A DNA stretch of 64,000 nucleotides, taken from an uncultured Bacillota bacterium (GTDB taxonomy: Bacteria > Bacillota_I > Bacilli_A > RFN20 > CAG-826). The stretch's first letter is position 1; the number at the start of each line of letters is the position of its first letter. Both the position numbers and the translations under genes were made by a program. The stretch is from the NCBI GenBank assembly GCA_949299565.1, contig OX437086.1:949644-1013643 (forward strand), read 5' to 3'. Below, piece by piece: positions 54,759 through 63,235 of the stretch. The notes beneath the pieces were generated by a model, which was given only the letters and a program-made list of their open reading frames with translations, was not told the DNA's origin and did not search any database.

Positions 54759-55813
54759 TAGAAAAGCCCGATTATTTGAATGATGACAACGACCAAAATT
54801 GAAAGACCCAAGGCAGTGAACATATGGGAATCCACGCGGTCTAAAACGCCTCCATGACCCTTCAATATTTTGCCGAAATCTTTGATAGCGAAGGAACGCT
54901 TCACGAAACTGAAGGCTAAATCTCCCAAATCGCCAAAAAGAGGGACCGCCAAAGCAAAAAGAAGAATCCAATACCAATTATCAAGCGTTAAAAACGGTAA
55001 AGGAGCAAAGCCGAAAGAGGCCAATGTAAATCCGACGGCGCTTAAAATCACAAACGTTCCCAATAACCCGAAGAGAAACCCTTCCCACGTCTTGTTCGGC
55101 GAAACGCGGGGATTAATCTTATGGCGACCGAAATAAGTTCCCATAAAATAGGCCAACGTGTCATTTATCGCAGCCCCGATAAAACCAAACAAAATAAGTT
55201 CGGCCGAAACTAAATATTGAAAATGCGCATGTTCGCCTAATTTGAGTGTGTCTAAAGAAGACGTCAAACCGCTCGGCCAATCAAGCGCTAAATTGGGATT
55301 CGCGGCGAAATAAAAGGGAACATAACGGAGGAAGAAGAAACTTTGAAAGCCAAAGCCAACCAAAAGAGTCATCAAGAAGAAATAAGCGACATCATGGAAA
55401 GAAAAAGTTTCATCCAAGATTCCGATTAGGAAATAAATGATTAACGAAAGAAGAATTCCGCTGAGCGGAAAACTTAAGCCGTCGTAATAATCAGTCAACG
55501 AAAAAACATAGTTAGTTGGGTCATTTAAATAAGCACTGAGATTCGGCCCGGCAATAAACCAATAAGCATATAAATAAACGATGAAATAAGTAAATAAATG
55601 CACCCACCAATGATATTTCTTCCCCGGCGCCTTCAAAATTTCAAAAATGCCAATCGCGATGAAAGGAACTAAGACAGCAAGAAAAACGTAACCGCCTAAA
55701 AAGATTGCAGGGATTAAAATCGCAAAAAGAACAAAAGCGATGATGATGCGCGACTTCAAGGATGTTTTGAATTTCTCGTCAGTCTTATTGACCTGAATAG
55801 AAACGTGCCTCAT
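54758..55813 (-). CDS. cdsA: Phosphatidate cytidylyltransferase
   Basis: SPNKTWEG, GDL..S.VKR...IKDFG and GHGGVLDRVD motifs. Confidence 0.93.
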   Translation of the reverse strand: MRHVSIQVNKTDEKFKTSLKSRIIIAFVLFAILIPAIFLGGYVFLAVLVPFIAIGIFEILKAPGKKYHWWVHLFTYFIVYLYAYWFIAGPNLSAYLNDPTNYVFSLTDYYDGLSFPLSGILLSLIIYFLIGILDETFSFHDVAYFFLMTLLVGFGFQSFFFLRYVPFYFAANPNLALDWPSGLTSSLDTLKLGEHAHFQYLVSAELILFGFIGAAINDTLAYFMGTYFGRHKINPRVSPNKTWEGFLFGLLGTFVILSAVGFTLASFGFAPLPFLTLDNWYWILLFALAVPLFGDLGDLAFSFVKRSFAIKDFGKILKGHGGVLDRVDSHMFTALGLSILVVVIIQIIGLF

Positions 55814-56535
55814 CCTTTTATTCCTCCGTAACGACGATCTCTTTGACTAAAAACACGCAAACAATCGAGAAGAGCTTTGCGATTAAAATCCGGCCACTTC
55901 ACCTTCGTGAAAACAAATTCAGCGTAGGCGCATTCATAAAGCATGAAGTTGGATAAACGTTCCTCGCCGGATGTTCTAATCAAAAGATCGATTGACGGAA
56001 AATCTGGCTGATACAAATAACGCGAAAAAAGCGCTTCATCTATCTCCTCTTTATTCACTTTTCCCTCTAAAACATCCGCGACCAAATTTTTTGCAGCCCG
56101 CACAATCTCTTGCTGCCCCCCGTAATTGAGACAAATATTCGCGTGGAATTTTTTGCAGTTCTTTGTTTCCTCCATAGCCTTGATCGAAGCTTCGCGTGTG
56201 CTCTCCGGGAGACGCGAAAGATCGCCAGAAACATGAATTCGAACATCATTTTTTTGAAAATGCCCCAGTTCTTTCGAAAGGAATTCTTCAAGATAATTCA
56301 TCAGATGATCAATTTCTTCTTGGGGGCGATTCCAATTTTCGGTCGAAAAAGCGAAAAAAGAGCAATAACGAACATTCAATTCAATGAGAGTGTCTAATAA
56401 ATCAATCAAGCGTTTGCAGGCTTCGCGGTGCCCAAGATAACGCGGCAAACCTCGAGATTTAGCCCAACGTCCGTTTCCGTCCATGATGAAGGCGATGTGC
56501 TGAGGAATAATTAAAGACGTCTCTTCTTTTCCCAT
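55810..56535 (-). CDS. uppS: Polyprenyl diphosphate synthase
   Basis: IMDGNGRWA, FSTENW and RTSGEERLSNF motifs. Confidence 0.95.
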   Translation of the reverse strand: MGKEETSLIIPQHIAFIMDGNGRWAKSRGLPRYLGHREACKRLIDLLDTLIELNVRYCSFFAFSTENWNRPQEEIDHLMNYLEEFLSKELGHFQKNDVRIHVSGDLSRLPESTREASIKAMEETKNCKKFHANICLNYGGQQEIVRAAKNLVADVLEGKVNKEEIDEALFSRYLYQPDFPSIDLLIRTSGEERLSNFMLYECAYAEFVFTKVKWPDFNRKALLDCLRVFSQRDRRYGGIKG

Positions 56536-56609
56536 GGAAAAGATTATACACGGAAAGGCGGGCTATAAAATGTTTTCCTTATCTCATAATTCGAATTATC
56601 ATAGAGCCC

Positions 56610-57641
56610 ATGGATGAGAAAAAACGTGTTGAAGATTATCTAGCGCAAGGTTCAAAAGAACTGGAAGCCTATAAAGAAAAACAAGAGGATAAAATCCCTT
56701 CGCTGGAAGGCGAAAGCAAAAAAGAGGAGAATCCCGAAACTCCGAAGAAAGAAGAAAAGAAGAACGAAAAACCTCTAGCGCCTGAAGATCCTCCTTTAAA
56801 AAGCGACAAAAAGGCGAAAAAAACACTTATTGTTGTATCAATCCTTTCCTTCCTTTTGATAGCGGCTTTAGTAACAACAATTACAATCGGTGCGATTTTA
56901 AGAAACCAACCATCAAGCGACGATGACGCAAGTTATGTTGATCCGAATGCTGGCTTCTATGACCTTGACGGCAATTCGTTAACTGGAGGAAGTTTTGTTT
57001 TCGAAGCAGCAAATGATGGAACTCTTCGCATCGCTGATATCGCTATCCCCTTAAATTCTAGCGTCATTTCTTTCCCTTCTTTTGCCGAAGATGAAAACGG
57101 AAACCTTCTTAGAATTGATGGTTTTTCTTCTCGTGACGTTTGGTCAAATCCTAATGCTGAAAATATAAAATCCTTATATTTCCCGGGTCTTTACTTCGAT
57201 ATTCCCGAAAATTTCTTCAGTGATTTAAACATTAGCGACATCCATTTTTCTAATAGCGCGCGTGAAGATTCTTTTATCGTTCAAGAAAGGACATTCGCGA
57301 ATTGCTTGAATCTTGTAGAAGTAGATTTTCCATATTCCTTAAAAGAGATAAAAGAGGAGGCTTTTCTTAATTGCGCGAGTCTTATTTCTTTAGATTTCAG
57401 AGACACCTCTCTTCAAATTCTTAGTGAGGCCTCCTTTAGAGGTTGTTCGAACTTAGAAACTTTAATTTTGCCTTCGACGATTGTAGATTTTGGTGACTAT
57501 CTTTTTGAAGGCACTTCTCTTGCATCACTTTCCTATGATGGAACGATGAATGAATTTGAAAAAACCACCCGCGCTGACGAGTGGCTTACCGGTTCTCAAA
57601 TTAAACGCGTCATTTGCGTGGACGGCGAGATTGTCCTTTGA
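56610..57641 (+). CDS. Single-pass membrane protein with BspA-type LRRs
   Basis: Charged N-tail, one TM segment and AF.NC..L repeats. Confidence 0.8.
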   Translation: MDEKKRVEDYLAQGSKELEAYKEKQEDKIPSLEGESKKEENPETPKKEEKKNEKPLAPEDPPLKSDKKAKKTLIVVSILSFLLIAALVTTITIGAILRNQPSSDDDASYVDPNAGFYDLDGNSLTGGSFVFEAANDGTLRIADIAIPLNSSVISFPSFAEDENGNLLRIDGFSSRDVWSNPNAENIKSLYFPGLYFDIPENFFSDLNISDIHFSNSAREDSFIVQERTFANCLNLVEVDFPYSLKEIKEEAFLNCASLISLDFRDTSLQILSEASFRGCSNLETLILPSTIVDFGDYLFEGTSLASLSYDGTMNEFEKTTRADEWLTGSQIKRVICVDGEIVL

Positions 57642-57642
57642 A

Positions 57643-58188
57643 TTAGACCGTCATTATTTCTTTTTGTTTATTCGCTAAGATTTCTTCAATCTTTTTGTTG
57701 CTGGCTTCCACGCTCTTTTGAATTTCATCTTCAAGACGTTTCTTATAATCGTCAGAATAACTATCGTCTTTCTTGATTGATTCTAAAGCGTCGCGACGGA
57801 CATTGCGGACAGCAACTTTTGCTTCTTCAGCCAATGCTTTGGCTTGTTTCGCAATTTCTCTCCGCACATCTTCAGTGAGAGGCGGAACAATCAAACGGAT
57901 GCAATCGGCTTCCACTTGAGGGTTGATTCCGATATTCGCAGAAGCAATCGCCGAGGCGATGCTCTTAATGTCTTCCCGCGAATATGGTTTAACCAATAAT
58001 TGACGCGGCTCTGGCATCGAAATCGAGCAAAGAGAAGTGATCTCCATCTTGTCGCCATAATAATCGCATTGAATGCCTTCTAAAATTTGCGGATTGGCCC
58101 GTCCGCTGCGAAGTTTCGAAAAAGATTGCACAAAAGCTTCAATGCTTTTTTCAAGACGTCCTTTTGTCTCGATAACTATTTGATCCAT
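57643..58188 (-). CDS. frr: Ribosome recycling factor
   Basis: RSGRANP, PPLTE and VRNVRRDA motifs. Confidence 0.95.
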   Translation of the reverse strand: MDQIVIETKGRLEKSIEAFVQSFSKLRSGRANPQILEGIQCDYYGDKMEITSLCSISMPEPRQLLVKPYSREDIKSIASAIASANIGINPQVEADCIRLIVPPLTEDVRREIAKQAKALAEEAKVAVRNVRRDALESIKKDDSYSDDYKKRLEDEIQKSVEASNKKIEEILANKQKEIMTV

Positions 58189-58189
58189 A

Positions 58190-58915
58190 TCATTTTTCCC
58201 TCCTGATGATGCTTCCTAATTTTTCACCTTTCAAAACTTTTACCAAGCTCCCGAAATCATTCATATCAAAGACGCGAATTTCCAAATCGGAATTTTCAAG
58301 CATTGCTACCGCCGTTAAGTCCATCACGCCAAGCTTACGTTCCACTACTTCGCGGAACGTCAGTAATTCGAGGAATTTAGCGTTCGGATTGAGTTTAGGA
58401 TCGCTGTCATAAACGCCGGCGACCCCGTTTTTCCCCATTAAAATCGCGTCTGCTTGAATCTCAAGAGCTCTTAAGGTGGCTGTCGTATCCGTTGTGAAGA
58501 ACGGATTGCCCGTACCGCCGGCAAAGATAACAACTTTGCCGTCCGCCAGATGAGCCATCGCTTTCCGCCGAATATAAGGTTCAGAAACTTGAGGGACATT
58601 GATGGAGGACATCACGCGCACCTCAAGTCCTTTGGCTTCGAGAGCGGACTGCAAGGCCAAAGCATTGATAATCGTTCCTAGCATTCCCATGTAATCGCCG
58701 GTCGCCTGTTCGATGCCGACGCTTTCGGCTAATTTGCCGCGCCAAATGTTGCCAGCTCCAACAACGAGAGAAACCTTGACTCCTAAGTCATGAACTTCTT
58801 TGATGGCTGTCGCAATGCTTTCTAATTTTTCTTGATCAAGAATCGTACGCTCATCTTTGTCTGCCAAAGCCTCGCCCGAAACTTTCACAACGACACAGTT
58901 ATAGATTGGTTTCAT
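58190..58915 (-). CDS. pyrH: UMP kinase
   Basis: KVSGEAL, DYMGMLGT and GNPFFTTD motifs. Confidence 0.95.
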   Translation of the reverse strand: MKPIYNCVVVKVSGEALADKDERTILDQEKLESIATAIKEVHDLGVKVSLVVGAGNIWRGKLAESVGIEQATGDYMGMLGTIINALALQSALEAKGLEVRVMSSINVPQVSEPYIRRKAMAHLADGKVVIFAGGTGNPFFTTDTTATLRALEIQADAILMGKNGVAGVYDSDPKLNPNAKFLELLTFREVVERKLGVMDLTAVAMLENSDLEIRVFDMNDFGSLVKVLKGEKLGSIIRREK

Positions 58916-58948
58916 ATTGAGATGATTATATCTTTCTTCTAAGCAAAA

Positions 58949-58972
58949 GAAAAAGGGGGTTGCCCCCTTTTC
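58949..58972 (-). terminator. Terminator after tsf
   Basis: AAAAGGGGG-caa-CCCCCTTTTT on the minus strand. Confidence 0.75.
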
Positions 58973-58973
58973 T

Positions 58974-59816
58974 TTATTCAGCAGTTTCCGAGCTCTTAGC
59001 TATCCCTTCGCCGACTTGATAACGGACGAAGCTAACAACTTCATTCCCTTTGCTCTTTAAAAGTTCACCGACCGTGACATCTTCATTCTGCAAATAATCT
59101 TGGAGATATAAGCAAGAAGAAGATAGAGCCTTGTCAACTTTCTTTTCCACAATCTTTGCACGGAATTCCTGTGGTTTATCAGCAATCTTCGGATCGCTTT
59201 CGGCAATCGCTCTTTCGCGTTCGCGATCGGAGGCAGGCACATCCTCCAAAGTGCGATAAAGCGGGTTATTCGCCGCAATATGCATCGCGATGCCATCGGC
59301 CAATTCTGGATCGTTTTTCTTAAGAACGACGAGGACTGAAATTTTTCCGCCCATGTGAATATAGGAACCAAAGCCTTCCTCACCGACGCTATGAACAATC
59401 TGGTAACGACGGAAATCAAGTTTTTCTCCGACGGCAATCGAGCATTCGCCGAAATCCTTTTCCGTCAACGCTTTTGCCTCCTCCAAAGTTTGAGGTTCGG
59501 AATCAAAAATTTTTTCCAAAGTCACATCAACGAGATTTTTAAATTTATCAGAAGCAGAGACAAAATCAGTTTCGCAGTTTAATTCCACAATGGCAGCTTT
59601 TCCGCATCCGGCACAGCATTTAACTTTTGTAAGACCCTCTGCCGCGGTGCGGTTTGCCCGTGAAGCGGCTTTAGCGATGCCTTTTTCCCGCAACCAATCG
59701 ATAGATTTTTCGACATCGAAATTATTGGCTTCCAAGGCATGCTTGCAGTCCATCATTCCGGCGCCGGTTCTTTCGCGCAACTGTTTGATCAATTCAATCG
59801 TATTTTTATCGGCCAT
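58974..59816 (-). CDS. tsf: Elongation factor Ts
   Basis: LRERTGAGMMDCK, NCETDFV and YIHMGG motifs. Confidence 0.97.
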   Translation of the reverse strand: MADKNTIELIKQLRERTGAGMMDCKHALEANNFDVEKSIDWLREKGIAKAASRANRTAAEGLTKVKCCAGCGKAAIVELNCETDFVSASDKFKNLVDVTLEKIFDSEPQTLEEAKALTEKDFGECSIAVGEKLDFRRYQIVHSVGEEGFGSYIHMGGKISVLVVLKKNDPELADGIAMHIAANNPLYRTLEDVPASDRERERAIAESDPKIADKPQEFRAKIVEKKVDKALSSSCLYLQDYLQNEDVTVGELLKSKGNEVVSFVRYQVGEGIAKSSETAE

Positions 59817-59833
59817 CTTTCTAACCTCAACAA

Positions 59834-60859
59834 TTATTTGCCTTCGCCTTCAGAAGCTTCTTTTGCTTCTGGAGCCGGAGCGCCTTCCTTTGCTTGCTTT
59901 GCAGCTTGATAACGAGCCGCTCTTTCCGCTTGAAGACGCGCGAATCTTTCTTCGCGTTCTTTGCGTTGTTGACGAATGGCAGCTTTTCTTTGCTCGTTAG
60001 CAATGTCAGCGGCTCTAATCGCATCCTTCATGGTCGCGTCTTCACCTTCAAGTTTGCCATATGCATATTCAGGAATGCCGCCTTTAGCTTCAACAACAGC
60101 GTCAGCCATCAATCCAAGGATCAATTTCAATGATTGGGTGCCGTCATTATTGGCAGGAAGAGGATATGCAATGCCATCCGGATCGTCGGATGTATCGCAA
60201 ATGCCGAAGACTGGAATTCCTAAGCGTGAAGCCTCTTTAACGGCATAATGTTCCTTTGTAGGATCAGAGACAACCACTGCTTGCGGAAGTTTTCGCATTT
60301 CTTTGATGCCTTCAAGGTTCTTCGCTAATTTCTCAAGTTCTTTCTTAAGAGCAGCAACTTCTTTCTTCGGAAGTTTCTCAAAGCTTCCATCAGCTTCCAT
60401 TGCTTCAAGATCTTTCAAGCGTTTTGTTCTTCCTAAAATCGTCCGTAAATTCGTGAGAGTGCCGCCCAACCAGCGATGTGCGATATAGAAACTGCCACTT
60501 CTGGTCGCCTCATCAACGATGATTTGTTGAACATTTGTCTTGGTTCCGACGAAAAGCACCTTTCCACCATCTTCGACGATGGATTTGAGTTTGCGGTAAG
60601 CTTCGCCGGTGCGAGTCGCTGTCTCGACTAAATCGATGATATAAATTCCGTTGCGAGCGCCATAAATGAATTTGCTCATCTTCGGATTCCATGTTTTGGT
60701 CCGATGACCAAAATGGACGCCAGCTTCTAAAAGCTTTTTGATGCTGACAACCGGAGCGTTCGGATCGCGAAAAATTTCTTCCATTGTCGGCTCGGCAACT
60801 GGAGCTTCGTTACTTTCTGCTCCTTGAACTTCATTAAGTTCTTCTCTCTCGTCACTCAT
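59834..60859 (-). CDS. rpsB: 30S ribosomal protein S2 (extended termini)
   Basis: LLEAGVHFGH, WNPKM, RWLGGTLTN and PANND motifs. Confidence 0.97.
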   Translation of the reverse strand: MSDEREELNEVQGAESNEAPVAEPTMEEIFRDPNAPVVSIKKLLEAGVHFGHRTKTWNPKMSKFIYGARNGIYIIDLVETATRTGEAYRKLKSIVEDGGKVLFVGTKTNVQQIIVDEATRSGSFYIAHRWLGGTLTNLRTILGRTKRLKDLEAMEADGSFEKLPKKEVAALKKELEKLAKNLEGIKEMRKLPQAVVVSDPTKEHYAVKEASRLGIPVFGICDTSDDPDGIAYPLPANNDGTQSLKLILGLMADAVVEAKGGIPEYAYGKLEGEDATMKDAIRAADIANEQRKAAIRQQRKEREERFARLQAERAARYQAAKQAKEGAPAPEAKEASEGEGK

Positions 60860-60875
60860 TTTGTGACCTCCATTT

Positions 60876-60972
60876 GTTTAAGCCTCCTCTGTTTCGAACA
60901 GCTGACCACCATAACGCTTTTTAAGCTGCTTCGCCCGTTAAGGAACACGGCGCTGAATCCACAGAGTGTGTA
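60876..60972 (-). ncRNA. S2 (rpsB) autoregulatory leader RNA (t44-like)
   Basis: TACACAC...CCGTG...GAGGAGGCTTAAAC architecture in the rpsB 5' UTR. Confidence 0.65.
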
Positions 60973-61044
60973 TTTGATCTCGAAAAGAGACCGGGTGAGA
61001 TTTTACCATTCAAAAAAACAAAGATAAAGGACTTTCGTTTTGCC

Positions 61045-61959
61045 CTATTCATCGCTTTCTTTTTGACGGGGAAAATACTCTCGGTACTCTTCCTTCAGAG
61101 CCTCTCTTGAGACATGTGTATAAACTTGCGTCGTGTTTAAGGAGGCGTGTCCCAATAGCTCTTGAATAAGCCTTAAATCTGCGCCCGCATCGAGGAGACG
61201 CGTCGCGAATGTGTGCCGTAATTCATGGGGATGCAGATTCAAGGAGAGACCGCACTTTTCTTCCAAACGCTTCAAAATAAATTCCAGACCTCTAGTGGTC
61301 AATTCTTCCCCACGATTTGAAAGAAAAAAAGATAGAGGCTTCCCCGGTTTTTTTCTTTTATTAAGCAATTTGTCGCGACCCTTTGTCCAATACGTTAATA
61401 AAGCCGTCTTTGTTTCCTTATCAAAAGGGACGATTCTCTCTTTTTCGCCTTTTCCGAAAAGACGCACGCTCCGATTGTTGAAATCAAAATTTTGATAACG
61501 AAGACTCACGACTTCCGAAGCACGCAAGCCTGATGAAGTCATCAAAAGCAAAAGAGCTTGGTCTCGTAAGGCAAGTTCATCGTTTCTTTCATTGTTCAAT
61601 TCTAAAAGCTTCTTTGTGTCCCCGGGCGATAAAACGTCTGGGTAATTGACTGCCGTTCTTGGCCCTTTGCTATTAGCGAACGGATTTCTTTCGAGGTATT
61701 CGCGGTCAAGACAAAAGTTATAGAAGCTTCGAATGGCGCTCAAACGCCGCCCGAGACTTCTGGCACTGTATCCGCGATCGAGTTCAAAAGATAAATATTC
61801 GCGAATTTTTTGTTTGTCAAGTTGATCAAAAAGCCAATCTTTTTCCAACAAAAACGCAAAAAAAGCATCTAAATCTCGTTGATAAGCTTCTAAAGTTTTT
61901 AACGAGTAACCTTTTTCGAAGCGAAGCGCTTCTAAAAATTCAGCCTCAGGTTTATTCAT
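61045..61959 (-). CDS. xerC: Tyrosine recombinase XerC
   Basis: GLRASE, GKG.KER, HELRHTFAT, LGH and TQVY motifs; topA-trmFO-xerC context. Confidence 0.88.
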   Translation of the reverse strand: MNKPEAEFLEALRFEKGYSLKTLEAYQRDLDAFFAFLLEKDWLFDQLDKQKIREYLSFELDRGYSARSLGRRLSAIRSFYNFCLDREYLERNPFANSKGPRTAVNYPDVLSPGDTKKLLELNNERNDELALRDQALLLLMTSSGLRASEVVSLRYQNFDFNNRSVRLFGKGEKERIVPFDKETKTALLTYWTKGRDKLLNKRKKPGKPLSFFLSNRGEELTTRGLEFILKRLEEKCGLSLNLHPHELRHTFATRLLDAGADLRLIQELLGHASLNTTQVYTHVSREALKEEYREYFPRQKESDE

Positions 61960-63235
61960 CTACATCTTTAAGATACGCTTTTAAGGAGGAAAGGCTAGTT
62001 GCAATCGCTTCTTCACGCTGTTTTTTAGCGACATTCAGAAGTCCCCAGTTAGCATTCATTGGAGCAAAAGTTTTTCCATCAGCGACCGTTAAATAACGTA
62101 AAAGCGAGCCGAGAATCGTCTGAGGAGGAAACGGAGCGAATCCTCGCCCTTTTAAACGTTGATGCAAATAGAAAGCGGCAGCTAATCCGGCCGCGCCGCT
62201 CTCAACATATCCTTCAACGCCGCTCAATTGACCGGCTATAAAAACATGCTGAGCGTTTTTGAGCGATAAATCGGCATTTAAAACTCGCGGGGCAAAAAGG
62301 TAAGTGTTGCGATGCATCAAGCCATATCTCAAAAATCGCGCTTTCTCTAGACCCGGAATTAAGGAAAAGACTCGTTTTTGTTCTGAATAGGTGAGATTAG
62401 TTTGAAACCCAACAAGATTGTACGCTGAAAAAAGCCCGTTCTCGGTTCTTAATTGGGCAACGGCATAAGGCGTTCTCTCCATTCCTTCTTTTCGAAGTCC
62501 GAATGGTTTTAAAGGGCCGTGACGCAAAGTCTCGTTCCCGCGGCTTGCAATCACTTCAATCGGAAGACAGCCTTCGAAATATTTAGTGTCGAAGCTATGA
62601 AGAGGCGCTCTTTCGGCTTGCAATAGTTCGCGAACGAAAGTCTCATATTGTTCCTTATTGAAAGGGCAATTCAAATAAGCGTCATCCTCTTGAGCAAAAC
62701 GCGATTTGGCATAGACGATTTCATAATTCAAAGAGGCAGCGTCAACGATTGGAGACGAGGCGTCAAAAAAGGAAAGATTTTCTTGCCCGCTCACTTTTTG
62801 AAGGGTTTCCAGCAACGAACCATCAGTCAACGGACCCGTCGCAACAATCGTTAATTCGTCAGTCAAATCTTTAATTTCTGAGCGATGCAAATGAAAGGAA
62901 GGGAATTTAAATAATTTATCGCTTATATAATTTGCAAAACGATCGCGATCAACACAAAGAGCGTTCCCGCCCGGCACTTCAGAAACGGAAGCAGCTTCCA
63001 TCATCAAAGAACCTAAAAGGCGCATTTCCTCCTTCAAAAGACCACAGGCATTATCAAGACGCCTGCTCTTTAAAGAATTAGAGCAGACAAGCTCACCAAG
63101 CAAATCGCTATGATGAGCTAAATCGTCATATAAAGGCCTTCGCTCATAAAGATGGACTTCATAGCCGTGCTTCAAAAGATAATAAGCCGCTTCAGAACCC
63201 GCTAATCCGCCGCCAATGATTTTAATCGTCTGCAT
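61952..63235 (-). CDS. trmFO: Folate-dependent tRNA m5U54 methyltransferase
   Basis: GGGLAGSEAA, ELVCSNS, FEGCLP, GFQT and GVEGYVES motifs. Confidence 0.95.
   Translation of the reverse strand: MQTIKIIGGGLAGSEAAYYLLKHGYEVHLYERRPLYDDLAHHSDLLGELVCSNSLKSRRLDNACGLLKEEMRLLGSLMMEAASVSEVPGGNALCVDRDRFANYISDKLFKFPSFHLHRSEIKDLTDELTIVATGPLTDGSLLETLQKVSGQENLSFFDASSPIVDAASLNYEIVYAKSRFAQEDDAYLNCPFNKEQYETFVRELLQAERAPLHSFDTKYFEGCLPIEVIASRGNETLRHGPLKPFGLRKEGMERTPYAVAQLRTENGLFSAYNLVGFQTNLTYSEQKRVFSLIPGLEKARFLRYGLMHRNTYLFAPRVLNADLSLKNAQHVFIAGQLSGVEGYVESGAAGLAAAFYLHQRLKGRGFAPFPPQTILGSLLRYLTVADGKTFAPMNANWGLLNVAKKQREEAIATSLSSLKAYLKDVDE

Noticed and set aside
59827-60024. Lys/Arg-rich alternate-frame ORF overlapping the rpsB 3' end
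   Set aside because: Shadow of the low-complexity S2 tail with no independent start signal.
61045-61959. Tyrosine recombinase as a prophage or island integrase
   Set aside because: It sits in the housekeeping topA-trmFO-xerC context with no att repeats or phage genes.
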